Assembly (NCBI GenBank): GCA_951406725.2
Contig: OX597830.1
Coordinates: forward strand, 62,062,001-62,126,000
DNA: 64,000 bases
Reading direction: 5' to 3'
From: Octopus vulgaris
Taxonomy: Eukaryota
The notes under the pieces are model-generated. The model made no database searches and had not been told where the DNA came from. It saw only the letters and a program-made list of their open reading frames with translations. Shown piece by piece: positions 1 through 11,958 of this stretch. The position numbers and the translations under genes were made by a program. Numbering within the stretch: the stretch's first letter is position 1; each line of letters begins with the position of its first letter.

Positions 1-559
1 TTTTGTGTGGCAGATTTTCTACAGCCAGATACTCCTCCTGTCACCAGCCTCCACTGTTTCCAAGTGAGGGAGTGTTTTCCCTCCTCTTTGTTAGGAAGCA
101 CAAGCACTTTCACTCACATGCACATACATGATGGTCTACCAAATCTTTGGTCAGCCTGTTTGGCACGTAAAAAGCACCCACTACACTCGCGGAGTGGTTG
201 GCGTTAGGAAGGGCATCCAGCTGTAGAAACACTGCCAGATCAGACTGGAGCCTAGTGCAGCCCCTGGCTTCCCAGACCCCGATCGAACCGTCCAGCCCGT
301 GCTAGCGCGGAAAACGGACGTTAAACGATGATGATGAATATTTATATTCGTAGATTGTATTTCCCATATTGTAATGAAACACGTGTAACAATGAATTAAA
401 ATGATACCATATATTCCAATCTTTGTTTTAATGCATACTTGCTCTGCAAGCTCACCGGGTATCTCAATTCCATTGAAAATAAAACATCTACATACATACA
501 TTTTGATTACTGGAATACACAGATGTGCTTCACTAGGACACAGCTTGGATTATATCCCG

Positions 560-594
<35 letters not shown>

Positions 595-640
595 TATCTA
601 TTTTTTCCGTGTTAATTGTTAACAAGGGAAAAATACACTC

Positions 641-671
<31 letters not shown>

Positions 672-796
672 AATTAGAAAAAAAACACCTTTTATCAATT
701 CAATAATGAAAAATTAAATTATACCATTTAGAAAAATTACATATTATAGAAAGATTAAATATAAGTTAGAACATATAATGTATATATTTGGTAGAA

Positions 797-897
797 TAAC
801 GACATGTGTATCGTGGCTATATTTAAGAAATGATAATAGTAAAAATAATGGTAGTAGTAAAATCACATCAATATAAATATAGCCACTCTTCAGGTTA
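797..897 (-). ncRNA. Type I hammerhead-like motif with a GAUA core variant
   Basis: Minus strand: TAAC-CTGAAGA-[GTGGCTATATTTA...TAAATATAGCCAC]-GATA-C-ACAT-G-TC-GTTA; perfect 13-bp stem II. Confidence 0.65.
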
Positions 898-1379
898 AAG
901 ATAACAACAATAATAAAATAATTAATTAGATAAATTAATATATGTAAATAATCTTGTAAAATACGAAATATCTTAACATATTCTTGTTTAAAAAATACGA
1001 TACAATTAATTAAAATATTTAAAACAAATATATATATATAAGATACAAAATATACATTAAGTGAAAACTAAATAAGATAATGGGGGAAAACTAGTATGTT
1101 TCCACACGACCTTTTTAAAGTACTTATTTATCTGGTGACATCATTAACTCATAACTTTTCAAATCTACAGATACACAAATATTTTAAATTACAGGTAAAA
1201 TTTTGATTGATAATAGCAGGTTTTGAATTAAAAGACTTAATAGGCAGGAGAAATAACAACAATGATGATATTAGAGTCTGGCATCCATTGTATAATTACT
1301 GTTGCATAGGAATTTTTTAAAATAAACTATTGAAAAGAAATTACATCATATATTCCAATAAAGAAATTCATTACAACAT

Positions 1380-1385
1380 TTTATT
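1380..1385 (-). promoter_or_regulatory. Candidate polyadenylation signal (AATAAA) of METTL25B
   Basis: Minus-strand AATAAA about 140 nt after the stop codon; usage is inferred. Confidence 0.45.
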
Positions 1386-1523
1386 GAAAATGAAGAATAT
1401 AAAGCTGTAAGTGTCTGGCTGTGACCAAGAAAATTATAACTTTGGAATGTTCACCAAATACTAAATGATTACTTATAGCATTGTCCAGTGTGTTTGACTG
1501 AGAAAATGATTATATAAACAATA

Positions 1524-1609
1524 TCAATGTAATGATTTTGCTGCAAGTAGTACGAAGTTTCTAGGTGACAGAAGCGGTTCAAATATTGGTACGAGAGCAC
1601 AAGGTATAC
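1524..1609 (-). CDS. METTL25B: METTL25B last coding exon (GIPCALVPIFEPLLSPRNFVLLAAKSLH*)
   Basis: Acceptor tttcag|GT; the PIF.P.LSPRN C-terminal motif; TGA at 1526-1524. Confidence 0.92.
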
Positions 1610-1722
1610 CTGAAAGACAAAAAACAATGTTAAAACTGATATAAAAGATGGGATAAATCTATTGACAAATGTATATTAATATTTACAAAAATTGTTTTTA
1701 AAGCTGAAAACAAAATCTTTAA

Positions 1723-1932
1723 CCCTTTCGTTACCAACCGGCTCTGGCTCTGTTGTACAAATGTCTTGTTTTCATAAGGTTTTAATTAAAATCTTCCACC
1801 AAACCTTAGTCACAATTTATGTTCTTAACACTAACTGAATGGTAACTAAGTTATTTTACAAAATACTTTGTTATATTTAAAGTAATTGAAAGAAACACTG
1901 AGCATCTCAAAATAAATACAGTAATGAAAGGG
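1723..1932. mobile_element. piggyBac-type MITE (TTAA TSD, CCCTTT...AAAGGG ends)
   Basis: TTAA on both flanks; a close copy lies in inverted orientation at 17709-17930. Confidence 0.8.
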
Positions 1933-2536
1933 TTAAATGTATTCTTTGAAAATAATATGCTAGTTACTTTCCAGAACTCATATTTTACATACATGACTAT
2001 GACTTTTTAAAAAATTCTATGAATTCACCCTCTAAAGAAGAGGCTAGTTCTTAATTAAAAAGAAAGCTTAAACGTGAAAAAACATATAGAGTTACATCCT
2101 AAAATTTACAAAAGTTTTAAATATATTCACTGTTCTGCTTACAGATTAAATTTGCACAATATGTGTTAGTCATTTCTTGATCTACAAATCCCAATGTTTC
2201 GAGATTATTACTTAAACATTCAGTAACATAAGCAAGTATGCTAATGATTACGCAGACATATCACAATTTACAGAGTAATTCCTTGATAGATAGCATTTTA
2301 GAGTAGTTGCTAATTATATGTAAAAGTTTCCACACAATGTCACACATTCATTAATTTCAATTGCATTTTGTTGATCAACTTTTTCATTATTCATCAGGTA
2401 TTTTATACCTGATGAATAATGTTCTTGAGTTGCAAAAGCATGTCTTTCAAAATGTGGTGATGTCATCCAAATATCTTATTTTGCATTGCAATTTGTAAAC
2501 AACATTTCCAATGGTGAGTCAAGGGAGGGTCTCTAA

Positions 2537-2945
2537 TCATCATCATCATCATCATTTAGCGTCCGTTCTCCATGCTAGCATGGGTTGGACGGTTCAACTG
2601 GGGTCTGTGAAGCTGGAAGGCTTCATCGGGCCCAGCCTGATCTGGCAGTGTTTCTACAGCTGGATGCCCTTCCCAACACCAACCACTCCGTGAGTGTAGT
2701 GGGTGCTTTTTACGCGCCACCCGCACAGGTGCCAGACGAGGCTGGCAAACGGATGGTGCTTTTTATGTGCCACCGGCACGAGGGCCAGGCGAGGCTGGCA
2801 ACGGACACGAACGGATGGTGCTTTTACGTGACACCGGCACGGAGCCAGGCGAGGCTGGCAACGGACACGAACGGATGGTGCTTTTACGTGTCACTGGCAC
2901 GGGGGCCAAGCGAGGCTGGCAACGGCTGGCCCCCGTGCCGGTGAG
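2537..2945 (-). mobile_element. SINE/LINE-tail family B with a (GAT)n tail and internal ~60-bp tandem modules
   Basis: Shared core ...GGAGTGGTTGGCGTTAGGAAGGGCATCCAGCTGTAGAAAC...GGACGTTAAACGATGATG. Other copies at ~161-337, 14620-14893, 21645-21835, 35750-36010, 39835-40020, 41180-41448, 50778-50905, 60505-60680, 61590-61737 and 62150-62500. Confidence 0.85.
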
Positions 2946-3279
2946 CCAGCCGTTGTTTTTATAAAACAAATTTTCCAAAGGACTTTATTTGAAGAGGCCT
3001 GGTTTTTCAGTTTTCTTGCTGTTCCTTACACAAATAGAGAGATAGACAAATATGATGGGCTTCTGCACAGTTCTATAAAAAAAAAATGTCCACTCACACC
3101 ATACTGGTCAACAAGGGGCTACAATAACAAACACAGGTTCACATGGGATATCAACAGCTGCTGCTGCTTCTTGAGGAATTCATTACTAAGTTACAACATT
3201 ATTTGACTGATGTATGTGTTTCTGCTGATGATATAACAGGTACTGCCTGAGTGATACTTATACAACAGCCAAAGATAGC

Positions 3280-3655
3280 GAGTGGCTGTGTGGTAAGTAG
3301 CTTGCTAACCAACCACATGGTTCCGGGTTCAGTCCCACTGCATGGCATCTTGGGCAAGTGTCTTCCGCTATAGCCTCGGGCCGACCAAAGCCTTGTGAGT
3401 GGATTTGGTAGACGGAAACTGAAAGAAGACCGTCATGTATATGCATGTGTGGGTATATGTTTGTCCCTCTAGCATTGCTTGACAACTGATGCTGGTGTGT
3501 TTACGTCCCCCATCACTTAGCGGTTCGGCAAAAGAGACTGATAGAATAAGTACTGGTCTTACAAAGAATAAGTCCCGGGGTCGATTTGCTCGACTAAAGG
3601 TGGTGCTCCAGCATGGCCGCAGTCAAAATGACTGAAACAAGCAAAAGAGAAAGAG
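3280..3655 (+). mobile_element. tRNA-derived SINE family A (~390 bp, internal (TA)n(TG)n)
   Basis: A-box-like TGGCTGTGTGG and B-box-like GGTTCAGTCC; at least 13 well-preserved copies in the window. Confidence 0.88.
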
Positions 3656-3796
3656 TACACATGTGTTTACATACCTAAAATGAAATCAATCTCCATGTTT
3701 AACTCCATGGTTTGTTTCAAGACAAAAAGAATGACTTAGAAATGGTTATTTGCATAATCAGTTTCTCTTTGAGGTTTTGGGAAAACAAAAATTTAC

Positions 3797-3987
3797 CTGA
3801 TTCCAAGATGTAAAGCATTCTATCAAGCAAGAGGAGTGTTTCAATCACAGGTGCAATAGAAAGACGTAAAGTGTAAAAACAAACTATATCTTTCCATCGA
3901 TTTTCAGTTGCTTTGCACTGATCAATTATACCAGGAGGTACTTGTGATATGCTGAACCCAAGAGATTTTAAAGCTTTCTCCAAGTAC
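3797..3987 (-). CDS. METTL25B: METTL25B coding exon 9 (YLEKAL...APVIETLLLLDRMLYILES)
   Basis: Acceptor cttag|G; donor G|GTAAAT; APxxETLxLLDRxLY motif; 191 nt. Confidence 0.92.
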
Positions 3988-4720
3988 CTAAGAAAATAAA
4001 GAATTAAATGTAAGACAGTATACCAAAATATTTTATAAAACTTTATTTTTATTAATTTAATAGTCGTATCATAACACACCTCAATAGATTATATTATTTT
4101 TTATATGAAAATTTCTATTCAGTTGATTCTTCTGGTTATTACTTATACAAAATGTATTTAATATCCTAGTGCTATGTTTGCTTTATTGCAAATGTAACCC
4201 CTTTTCTTCACACAATGTTATTTTAATTAAACAATTCAAGTCTGATATGACAACTGTTAGTGAGAATCAGCAGAGGGTGGTACTTTATAGCTGACAATTT
4301 TCTGCAGAAAACATAAAATGTATCCAAATCTGTTCAGATATCTAATTCTTTTTTTCTTTTGTACCTAATGTATTTTTGTAGTGATAAACTTTTTTTTTAT
4401 TATTTACTCTTGATTAAAATACCCAGAACATCAACTGCATTAATCTGTGAGGTCCTTCAAAGATCATGTATAAAACTTCCTCCTCAGACAAAAAATTTAA
4501 TGGATCATACCTAGTTCATTTCTCACAAATCTTTGCAGATCATTAACGTCCAAAGCATCAAACCCTTTACATGTTCTTCATACAGTCAGTTTTTATACGA
4601 AGAAAGACATCCTTTATTGCCAAACAGAATCAAGAATTCTTTGCCCTTCCACACCTTTCTTGCTTTGACTAAAACACCTATGCTATAACCATCCAGCACT
4701 AATTAGATTAATTATTTAAT

Positions 4721-4879
4721 GCACGAGTGGCTGTGTGGTAAGTAGCTTGCTTACCAACCACATGGTTCCGGGTTCAGTCCCACTGCGTGGCACCTTGGGC
4801 AAGTGTCTTCTACTATAGCCTCGGGCTGACCAAAGCCTTGTGAGTGGATTTGGTGGATGGAAACTGAAAGAAGCCTGTC

Positions 4880-4926
<47 letters not shown>

Positions 4927-5115
4927 TGTGTTTGTCCCTCAACATCGCTTGACAACCGATGCTGGTGTGTTTACATCCCCGTCACTTAGCAGTTCAGCAA
5001 GAGAGACCGATAGAATAAGTACTAGGCTTACAAAGATTAGGTCCTGGTGTCAATTTGCTCGACTAAAGGTGGTGCTCCAGCATGGCCACAGTCAAATGAC
5101 TGAAACAAACAAACA
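4721..5115 (+). mobile_element. SINE family A copy
   Basis: Near-identical to 3280-3655. Confidence 0.88.
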
Positions 5116-5334
5116 ATACCGTCTACTAGCCCTTAAAGTTCAAAGAATTCATTTCTTAGGTGCCCTTATTATTAATTACTATGCCTGTACATCATCATCA
5201 TCATCATCGTTTGTACATCTAATACATTTTAGAAACAAAGTGAATTAAACAGTGTTATTTTGGTTTTACAAAATTTCTAGTTTGGAATTTAAAGTAAAAG
5301 TCTTCAAATGTGGTGCACTATGGAACAGCCACAA

Positions 5335-5540
5335 GGTGCATTCCAGAAGTTTTGAGACTTTTCCAGGAGACACATTTACTAATTTCGAAGAAGTACAAAA
5401 CTCCAATCTCCTTCAAAGTAGGATCCTCTCACTTCAATGCACTGGTAGAGCTCCAGTCACTTTGTGAAGGCCCCATGGAAGTCCTCCATAGTGAAGGTGT
5501 CCAGGGTCCTTGTTACAGCCTCCTTCATCTTTTCCTTTGA
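5335..5540 (-). mobile_element. Mariner transposase C-terminal remnant
   Basis: KEAVTRTLDTF...CIEVRGSYFEGD. Confidence 0.5.
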
Positions 5541-5824
5541 AATAACAAAAGTTGGCAGGTTACCTTATTAAATGTATAGTAATGATATACTAAAATTACA
5601 ATTATGTAGGACATTTATAGGTGCGTGACTCAGTGGTTAGGGTGTTGAACTCGTGATCATGAGATTGTGGTTTTGATTCCTGGACTAGGTGATGTGTTGT
5701 GTTCTTGAGCAAAACACTTCATTTTCATGTTGCTGCAGTCCACTCAGATGGCAAAAATGAGTAATCCTGCAATAGACCAGCATCTCATCCGGGGGGAAAT
5801 ATATGCACAATGGAAACTGACCCT

Positions 5825-5855
<31 letters not shown>

Positions 5856-6145
5856 TAATTGTGTACAGTGCTCAGGTGCACTACAACTCATCTAAAGTCT
5901 ATATATAATCAGGTGTAGTTTCGACGGATTTCGGAAAGTATGAGGGCCTTAAAGGATGCAGTGTCATGGCAGTCAACAACTGACGCAGGCAGTTTATTCC
6001 ATGCTTCAGCAACTCTGAGCGTGAAAAAATGTTTCCGAAAGTCATGGGAGCTGTGTTGTTTTCTGACTTTGTAGGCATGTCCACGTGTGTTAGACACATG
6101 GAGATCAAAAAGGTGTTCAGTGTTGTTGTTGATGAGGTGGTTGAC
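5825..6145 (-). mobile_element. CR1/L2-type LINE 3' end with a (TTA)n tail; a related copy lies at ~11990-12180
   Basis: TRGHAYKV...RKHFFTLRVAEAWNKLP. Confidence 0.75.
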
Positions 6146-6187
6146 CCTATGAGAGACTATATGAATAATTTCTAAATGGAAACTTAC

Positions 6188-6320
6188 ACTTCAAATGATA
6201 AATTCTCCACATTTTTAATGGATATTTTTATACAGCCATGTTTGAAAGTAGGCTGGATTGCTTTTACAACACACTGCAAAGATGCACGATACCAATGTCT
6301 GCGAAGGCTTGGCTTATTCT
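6188..6320 (-). CDS. METTL25B: METTL25B coding exon 8 (ENKPSLRRHWYRASLQ...LSFEV)
   Basis: Poly-T acceptor ttccag|AG; donor GT|GTAAGT; HxYRA motif; 133 nt. Not in the ORF track. Confidence 0.85.
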
Positions 6321-6397
6321 CTGGAAAAAAAAAAAAATGTTACGATATTAAAATTCATTCAGTGAAATTTAGAAAGCTAAATATGTATTTTTACATT

Positions 6398-6781
6398 GGG
6401 AGCACTCCGTCGGTTACGACGACGAGGGTTCCGGTTGATCCGAATCAACGGAACAGCCTGCTCGTGAAATTAATGTGTAAGTGGCTGAGCACTCCACAGA
6501 CACGTGTACCCTTAACGTAGTTCTCGGGGATATTCAGCGTGACACAGAGAGTGACAAGGCCGGCCCTTTGAAATACAGGTACAACAGAAACAGGAAGTAA
6601 GAGTGAGAGAAAGTTGTGGTGAAAGAGTACAGCAGGGTTCACCATCATCCCCTGCCAGAGCCTCGTGGAGCTTTAGGTGTTTTCGCTCAATAAACACTCA
6701 CAACGCCCGGTCTGGGAATCGAAACCGCGATTCTATGACCGCGAGTCCGCTGCCCTAACCACTGGGCCATTGCGCCTCCAC
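6398..6781 (-). mobile_element. tRNA-derived SINE family D, full length with TSD ATTTTTACATT
   Basis: Head GGAGGCGCAATGGCCCAGTGGTTAGGGCAGCGGACTCGCGG...GGTTTCGATTCCC; TSD at 6387-6397 and 6782-6792. Confidence 0.88.
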
Positions 6782-6849
6782 ATTTTTACATTATATTCAT
6801 ACTAACATACTATTATATCCTTGAGTTTGGATGTAAACTACACTGTAAC

Positions 6850-7015
6850 AGTGTTATAACACTACAATTTTTCAATATCCTGATTAATATTCAGCCAGTA
6901 AACATGGCTCCTCATCAGCGCTTTCATTTTCGCGATTCCTGGACGTCCCATGTGGAATTCTTTCAGCATACGATTTTGCAAAGAAACAAGTATTACAACC
7001 CTCTGAGCAAAGATA
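6850..7015 (-). mobile_element. Gypsy LTR-retrotransposon integrase zinc-binding fragment
   Basis: RVVILVSLQNRMLKEFHMGRPGIAKMKALMRSHVYWLNINQDIE. Confidence 0.7.
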
Positions 7016-7179
7016 AGTACGTCATCACATATTGAATATTATTTCAAAACTGTGTTACACTCGGCTACATGAGTTTTTGTATTCATTTCTGACTTCATTA
7101 TTTTTTTCATTTTTATTATGAACACATCCTTCTCTGCTTTAATTTTTATTTCCTTTGAGAAGACCTATTGAGTCTTGAC

Positions 7180-7491
7180 TGGCTTCTGTGCCGGTGGCAC
7201 GTAAAAAGCACCATCCGAACGTGGCCAATGCTTCTGTGGCTGGCTTCCGTGCCGGTGGCACGTTAAAAGCACCAACTGATCGTGGCCGCTGCCAGACTCC
7301 CCTGGCACGTAAAAAGCACCCACAACACTCATGGAATGGTTGGCGTTAGGAAGGGCATCCAGATGTAAAAACACTGCCAGATCAGACTGGAGCCTGGTGT
7401 GGCCCCCTGGCTTCCCAGACCCCGGTCAAACCATCCAACCCGTGCTAGCGCGGAAAACGGGCGTTAAACGATGATGATGATGATGATGATG
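7180..7491 (+). mobile_element. Family B copy
   Basis: Core plus (GAT)n tail. Confidence 0.85.
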
Positions 7492-7922
7492 AAAGTGACA
7501 GGCAGTTTGCATACTACATTGCAGAGTATATTTTTTATTTCGATTTCAGCTTTTAGTTCTGCTATTCCTGTGTCCTCTAAAATGTTCATTGTATTTGGGG
7601 ATCAATCTTGACAGCCCATCCACAGGTCCCAGTTTTTACAATGGTAGAAATTCCATCTTAAAATCATAATTTAGCAGGATCGTCCCCCAGCACTGCAATC
7701 GGTTGGCTGTATGAGTGGGGATATCCTTTATCAATCTGTACACGTGGCAGAGGAGGGGAAATTACTGACATTGGAGCAAAAAAAGGGGAGGTGAAGAGCA
7801 GCAGAAGAGTAATAATGATTACAATAGAAAGAGTAATGGGAATGAGGGAGAGAGAGATAGAAAGAGAAATGATGTGATTAGGTAGATTGCAAAAATGGGG
7901 TGGGGGGAAACAAGCATAGTTA

Positions 7923-8170
7923 ATCATCATCATCATCATCATCATTTAGCGTCCGCTTTCCATGCTGGCATGGGTTGGACGGTTCAACTGGGGTCTGGGA
8001 AGCCAGAAGGCTGCACCAGGCTCCAGTCTGATCTGGCAATGTTTCTACAGCTGGATGCCCTTCCTAATGCCAACCACTCCGCGAGTGTAGTGGGTGCTTT
8101 TTACGTGCCACCTGCACAGGTGCCAGACGAGGCTGGCAAACGGCCACGATCGGATGGTGCTTTTTATGTG
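7923..8170 (-). mobile_element. Family B copy (inverted relative to 7180-7491)
   Basis: Core plus (CAT)n on the plus strand. Confidence 0.85.
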
Positions 8171-8575
8171 CTGTGGAAATTAATAGATGAATGGTGGAAG
8201 AGAGGGTAAATGATCAATGTAAAATATAGGGAGGAAACAGTCATTAAGTATACAGGATAGATATTACATGAAATGGTTTCAGGTAATAAGAAAGATAAGT
8301 GGTATCAAGGAACAGTTGGTAAGGTGTGCAGGCTCCATTTATAGGTGTGTGTGAGAGAGAAAGAGAGAGACAGAGAGACAGAGAGAGAGCAAAGTAAAAA
8401 TTATATTTACTACTCAGTAAATTACATATGCAATACTTTTCAATTCCCTGTCTTGTACTTTTATAATCTAATATTAGTAGTCAATAACCAACCTGAAATA
8501 TAAGTAAAATGAAACAGAGAAAAGTTTTGCAATATTAAGTTACTTATCAAAATTAATTTGGTGGTGGTGGTTTAC

Positions 8576-8712
8576 CAAGTAATCTTTTATGATATGCATC
8601 AACAAAATGGCAGGCCAACTCTCTAGCTTCATATGTCAAATGATGCTGCAATGTTTGTAAATGTTGACTCATAGGATATCCCCAGCTGGCATTATTAGAT
8701 AATGAACAATCG
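8576..8712 (-). CDS. METTL25B: METTL25B coding exon 7 (WGYPMSQ...YEARELACH)
   Basis: Acceptor tcaatag|C; donor G|GTAAAC; GYPMS and ARELACH motifs; 137 nt. Confidence 0.9.
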
Positions 8713-9241
8713 CTATTGAAAACAAAAAGGAAAAAAAAAAGAAAACAATAATTACTGTTTGATAAAATACTAAACAATAGCAAAAAGTTTAGATTTTCTG
8801 AAGGGAACAAAGTAAAAGTCAAAAATTGTTTTGTGCTTAATAATGTAAATAATGTAAATAATGTAAATTGATATGTTGCATGCAACATGTATAAACTAGT
8901 ACATTGTGAAAATAGAAAACAGAGCATACAAAATATGTTCAAGTCAAGCAGTTACTTAATCAATTGGTGTCCCTCAACAACATTAAAATTGTTGTGAAAA
9001 GCATAAATTTTGGTTACAGAAAGGTTAAAGCCAAAAGTTTCTGAAATAATTTCTTGATTTGACTGTATTACATTAGAATTTCAGTAATAGAAGCAGAAAA
9101 ATGAAAAGAAATCTTAACTGTATTTGTAGAAAGAGATACTGATACCAAACTTGTAAAAAATTTTAATTAATGATATTTGTATGCATTCATATTATCAATT
9201 AGAATAGCTTTGAAATGAAATATGATAATTATTTTCATTAC

Positions 9242-9882
9242 CTGGATGTAGAGAGCTTCATATAACAACAACCAACAACAGCCAATCCAGAAATAGCTGG
9301 ACTCTGGGTAAACATTTGAATCAGGGTGGTTGTCAAGTCACCACAGGCATGCAGTCCACACAGAACAAGATGATTGGCAAAGACACTCGGTTTTTTCGGT
9401 ATTAATTCCTCATCACATAAATTGAGAGAATTTGAAGATTTGGTGCAAAATTTTACAGAATTTTCTTTAAATGTTGTCTTTGAGTGGCTTAAGTTAGATT
9501 CCGAACATGTTCTACGGATTTGCCTGTAATTTGAAGACTGTTTGTGAGGTGATGGTAAAATACCTTTTTCTTTTATACTTCCATAAGTATCATGATTTAA
9601 ATGAAAATTGACAGTACTGTTTTCTTTTGAGGTGTAATGTTCTCCAGAATTAGGGTTGCTTAAACAAAAAGGCTGAAAAGTATCAGATAAATTAACTTTT
9701 TGGCTGGAATCAAATTCACAAGTTCTTGGCATTTTTAGCATTTCCAGGAAATCATTTGGAGAAATATTATTAACAACTTGATGAATCACATGGTAAGGTA
9801 GTGATGTAGAATGATTTGAAGAATCATTTAGATTAAGATTGGTTTTCTTTTCTGTTGTGTTATAACAAATGGTACCTTCATA
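9242..9882 (-). CDS. METTL25B: METTL25B coding exon 6 (long Ser/Asn-rich insert, then GLHACGDL...GCCYMKL)
   Basis: Acceptor ttaacag|TAT; donor AG|GTAATG; GLHACGDL and GCCYMK are family motifs; 641 nt. Confidence 0.92.
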
Positions 9883-9916
9883 CTGTTAATAAAAATAAAA
9901 GAGGATTTAGAAATAT

Positions 9917-10148
9917 ATTTCTTTACTACCCACAAGGGGCTAAACACAGAGGGGACAAACAAGGACAGACAAATGGATTAAGTCGATTACATCGACCCCA
10001 GTGCGTAACTGGTACTTTATTTATCGACCCCGAAAGGATGAAAGGCAAAGTCAACCTCGGCGGAATTTGAACTCAGAACGTAACGGCGGACAAAATACGG
10101 CTACGCATTTCACCCGGCGTGCTAACAGTTCTGCCAGCTCGCCGCCTT
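9917..10148 (-). mobile_element. SINE family C copy
   Basis: Reverse complement of 63313-63545. Confidence 0.85.
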
Positions 10149-10385
10149 AGGTTAATGTGAAATAATATTTCTGATGAGTTTATTTTATAAGATAGAAAAA
10201 AAAACATGTTAATAGTAATGGCATACACAACAAAAGAATTGGTTGGGGTTTTTTCTTTCTGTTTTTATGCAAGGTAGAAGACAAAAGACTACAGCAGGTT
10301 GCAAGACAAAGGACTGGGGTGGGTTGTGAAGTGCAGGAATGCAGTCAGTGGCAAAGCATAAAGATTTGTCCAACTCTTGCCAACA

Positions 10386-10790
10386 TAGGCGCAGGAGTGG
10401 CTGTGTGGTAAGTAGCTTGTTTACCAACCACATGGTTCCGGGTTCAGTCCCACTGCGTGGCACCTTGGGCAAGTGTCTTTTGCTATAGCCTCGGGCCGAC
10501 CAAAGCCTTGTGAGTGGATTTAGTAGACGGAAACTGAAAGAAGCCCGTCGTATATATGTAAATATATATATATGCATGTGTGTGTTTGTGTGTCTGTGTT
10601 TGTCCCCCTAGCATTGCTTGACAACCGATGATGGTGTGTTTATGTCCCCGTTACTTAGCGGTTTGGCAAAAGAGACCGATGGAATAAGTACAGGGCTTAC
10701 AAAAGAATAAGTCCTGGGGTCGAGTTGCTCGATTAAAGGCGGTGCTCCAGCATGGCCGCAGTCAAATGACTGAAACAAGTAAAAGAGAGT
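10386..10790 (+). mobile_element. SINE family A copy
   Basis: Sequence similarity to the other copies. Confidence 0.88.
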
Positions 10791-10813
10791 ATGGAAAAAA
10801 AAAACAATGTAAA

Positions 10814-10853
<40 letters not shown>

Positions 10854-11742
10854 GCTCATTTCATGTATGAAACACGAATCCAGTTTCCTACCAACTTCAA
10901 TTAACAAGGTTTGACTCTCATCATTAAACTACTTTTTTGATGAGGTCACTTAAATATAAAAGAAAATGAAAAAATAAAAACAAAAACTAAAATTAATATG
11001 GAGCAAATGTATTTCTGGTGGATTAAAACAGTAGAAAAGTTAACTTCTTAGGCTGATGGGTTTTTTTCCAATTAATATTGGCTACACAGGTGAAAGAAAA
11101 AATATTTAATCTAGAGTTTATGACTTAATATCTTCTTACAAATGACTGCTACAATACTATAAATTAGTGACTTAAAAAGACAAAAAGCAACTATATATTT
11201 CTTGGAACCCTTACCTTTATAATTTAACTCTTGATTATTCAATGCTGTCCATTGGTAGAGGACTACCTACCTCCTATCCCCCTACTACCTATTTCCTTAC
11301 TACCCACAAGGGGCTAAACACAGAGGAGACAAACGGATTAAGTCGATTACATCGACCCCAGTGCATAACTGGTATTTAATTTATCGACCCCGAAAGGATG
11401 AAAAGCAAAGTCAACCTCGGCGGAATTTGAACTCAGAACGTAACAGCAGACGAAATACAGCCCAGCATTTCGCCCGGCCTGCTAACGACTCTACCACCTC
11501 CTGTCCCCCTACTACCATCCTCATCACTCCACCTCTCCTACTCATTTCAAGAACTATGTATAGAGAAACCCATTGTGCCAGTACACTCTCCCTTCACCCT
11601 CACCTCATCTACTTCCACTCTGCTTGACATTCCACTGGATCCTCTTCACCCACACACCCCAGCTCTTCCCCTCTCACTACTCTACCTTCTCGGTCACACG
11701 GCCTTCAATCATTGCTTTTTCCTCTTGGTCACTTTAGTTTAA

Positions 11743-11958
11743 CCCTTTAGCATTCAAAACAGCCACATGTGGCCAAAATATTTAACCTGTTTTATGTTCA
11801 AACTAACCAGATCTGGCTTCTCCCCACAACCCTACCCTTTCATTCTAAAACTAAGCAATCGCATCATTGAAATCTCGAAATTGTGAGATAATGCAGGATT
11901 AATTCAAAACAATATAAACAAATATTACATTGGATAGAATAATCTGAATACTAATGGG
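11743..11958. mobile_element. piggyBac-type MITE, related subfamily (partial copy at ~21546-21645)
   Basis: TTAA|CCCTTTAGCATTCA...TGAATACTAATGGG|TTAA. Confidence 0.7.

Noticed and set aside
3200-3255. C/D box snoRNA (TGATGA...CTGA)
   Set aside because: The boxes are only about 15 nt apart, there is no terminal stem, and the motif is antisense to the host gene.
3258-5248. Recurrent ORFs such as ...RLPNPLTRHWSARGYSRRHLPK... and ...LQLDALPNANHS...
   Set aside because: They are chance translations of SINE families A and B; they recur only because the repeat recurs.
11215-11245. Possible extra METTL25B mini-exon ending AAAG|GTAAGG
   Set aside because: The acceptor is poor and there is an immediate TGA in the required phase; exons 5 and 6 already join in frame.
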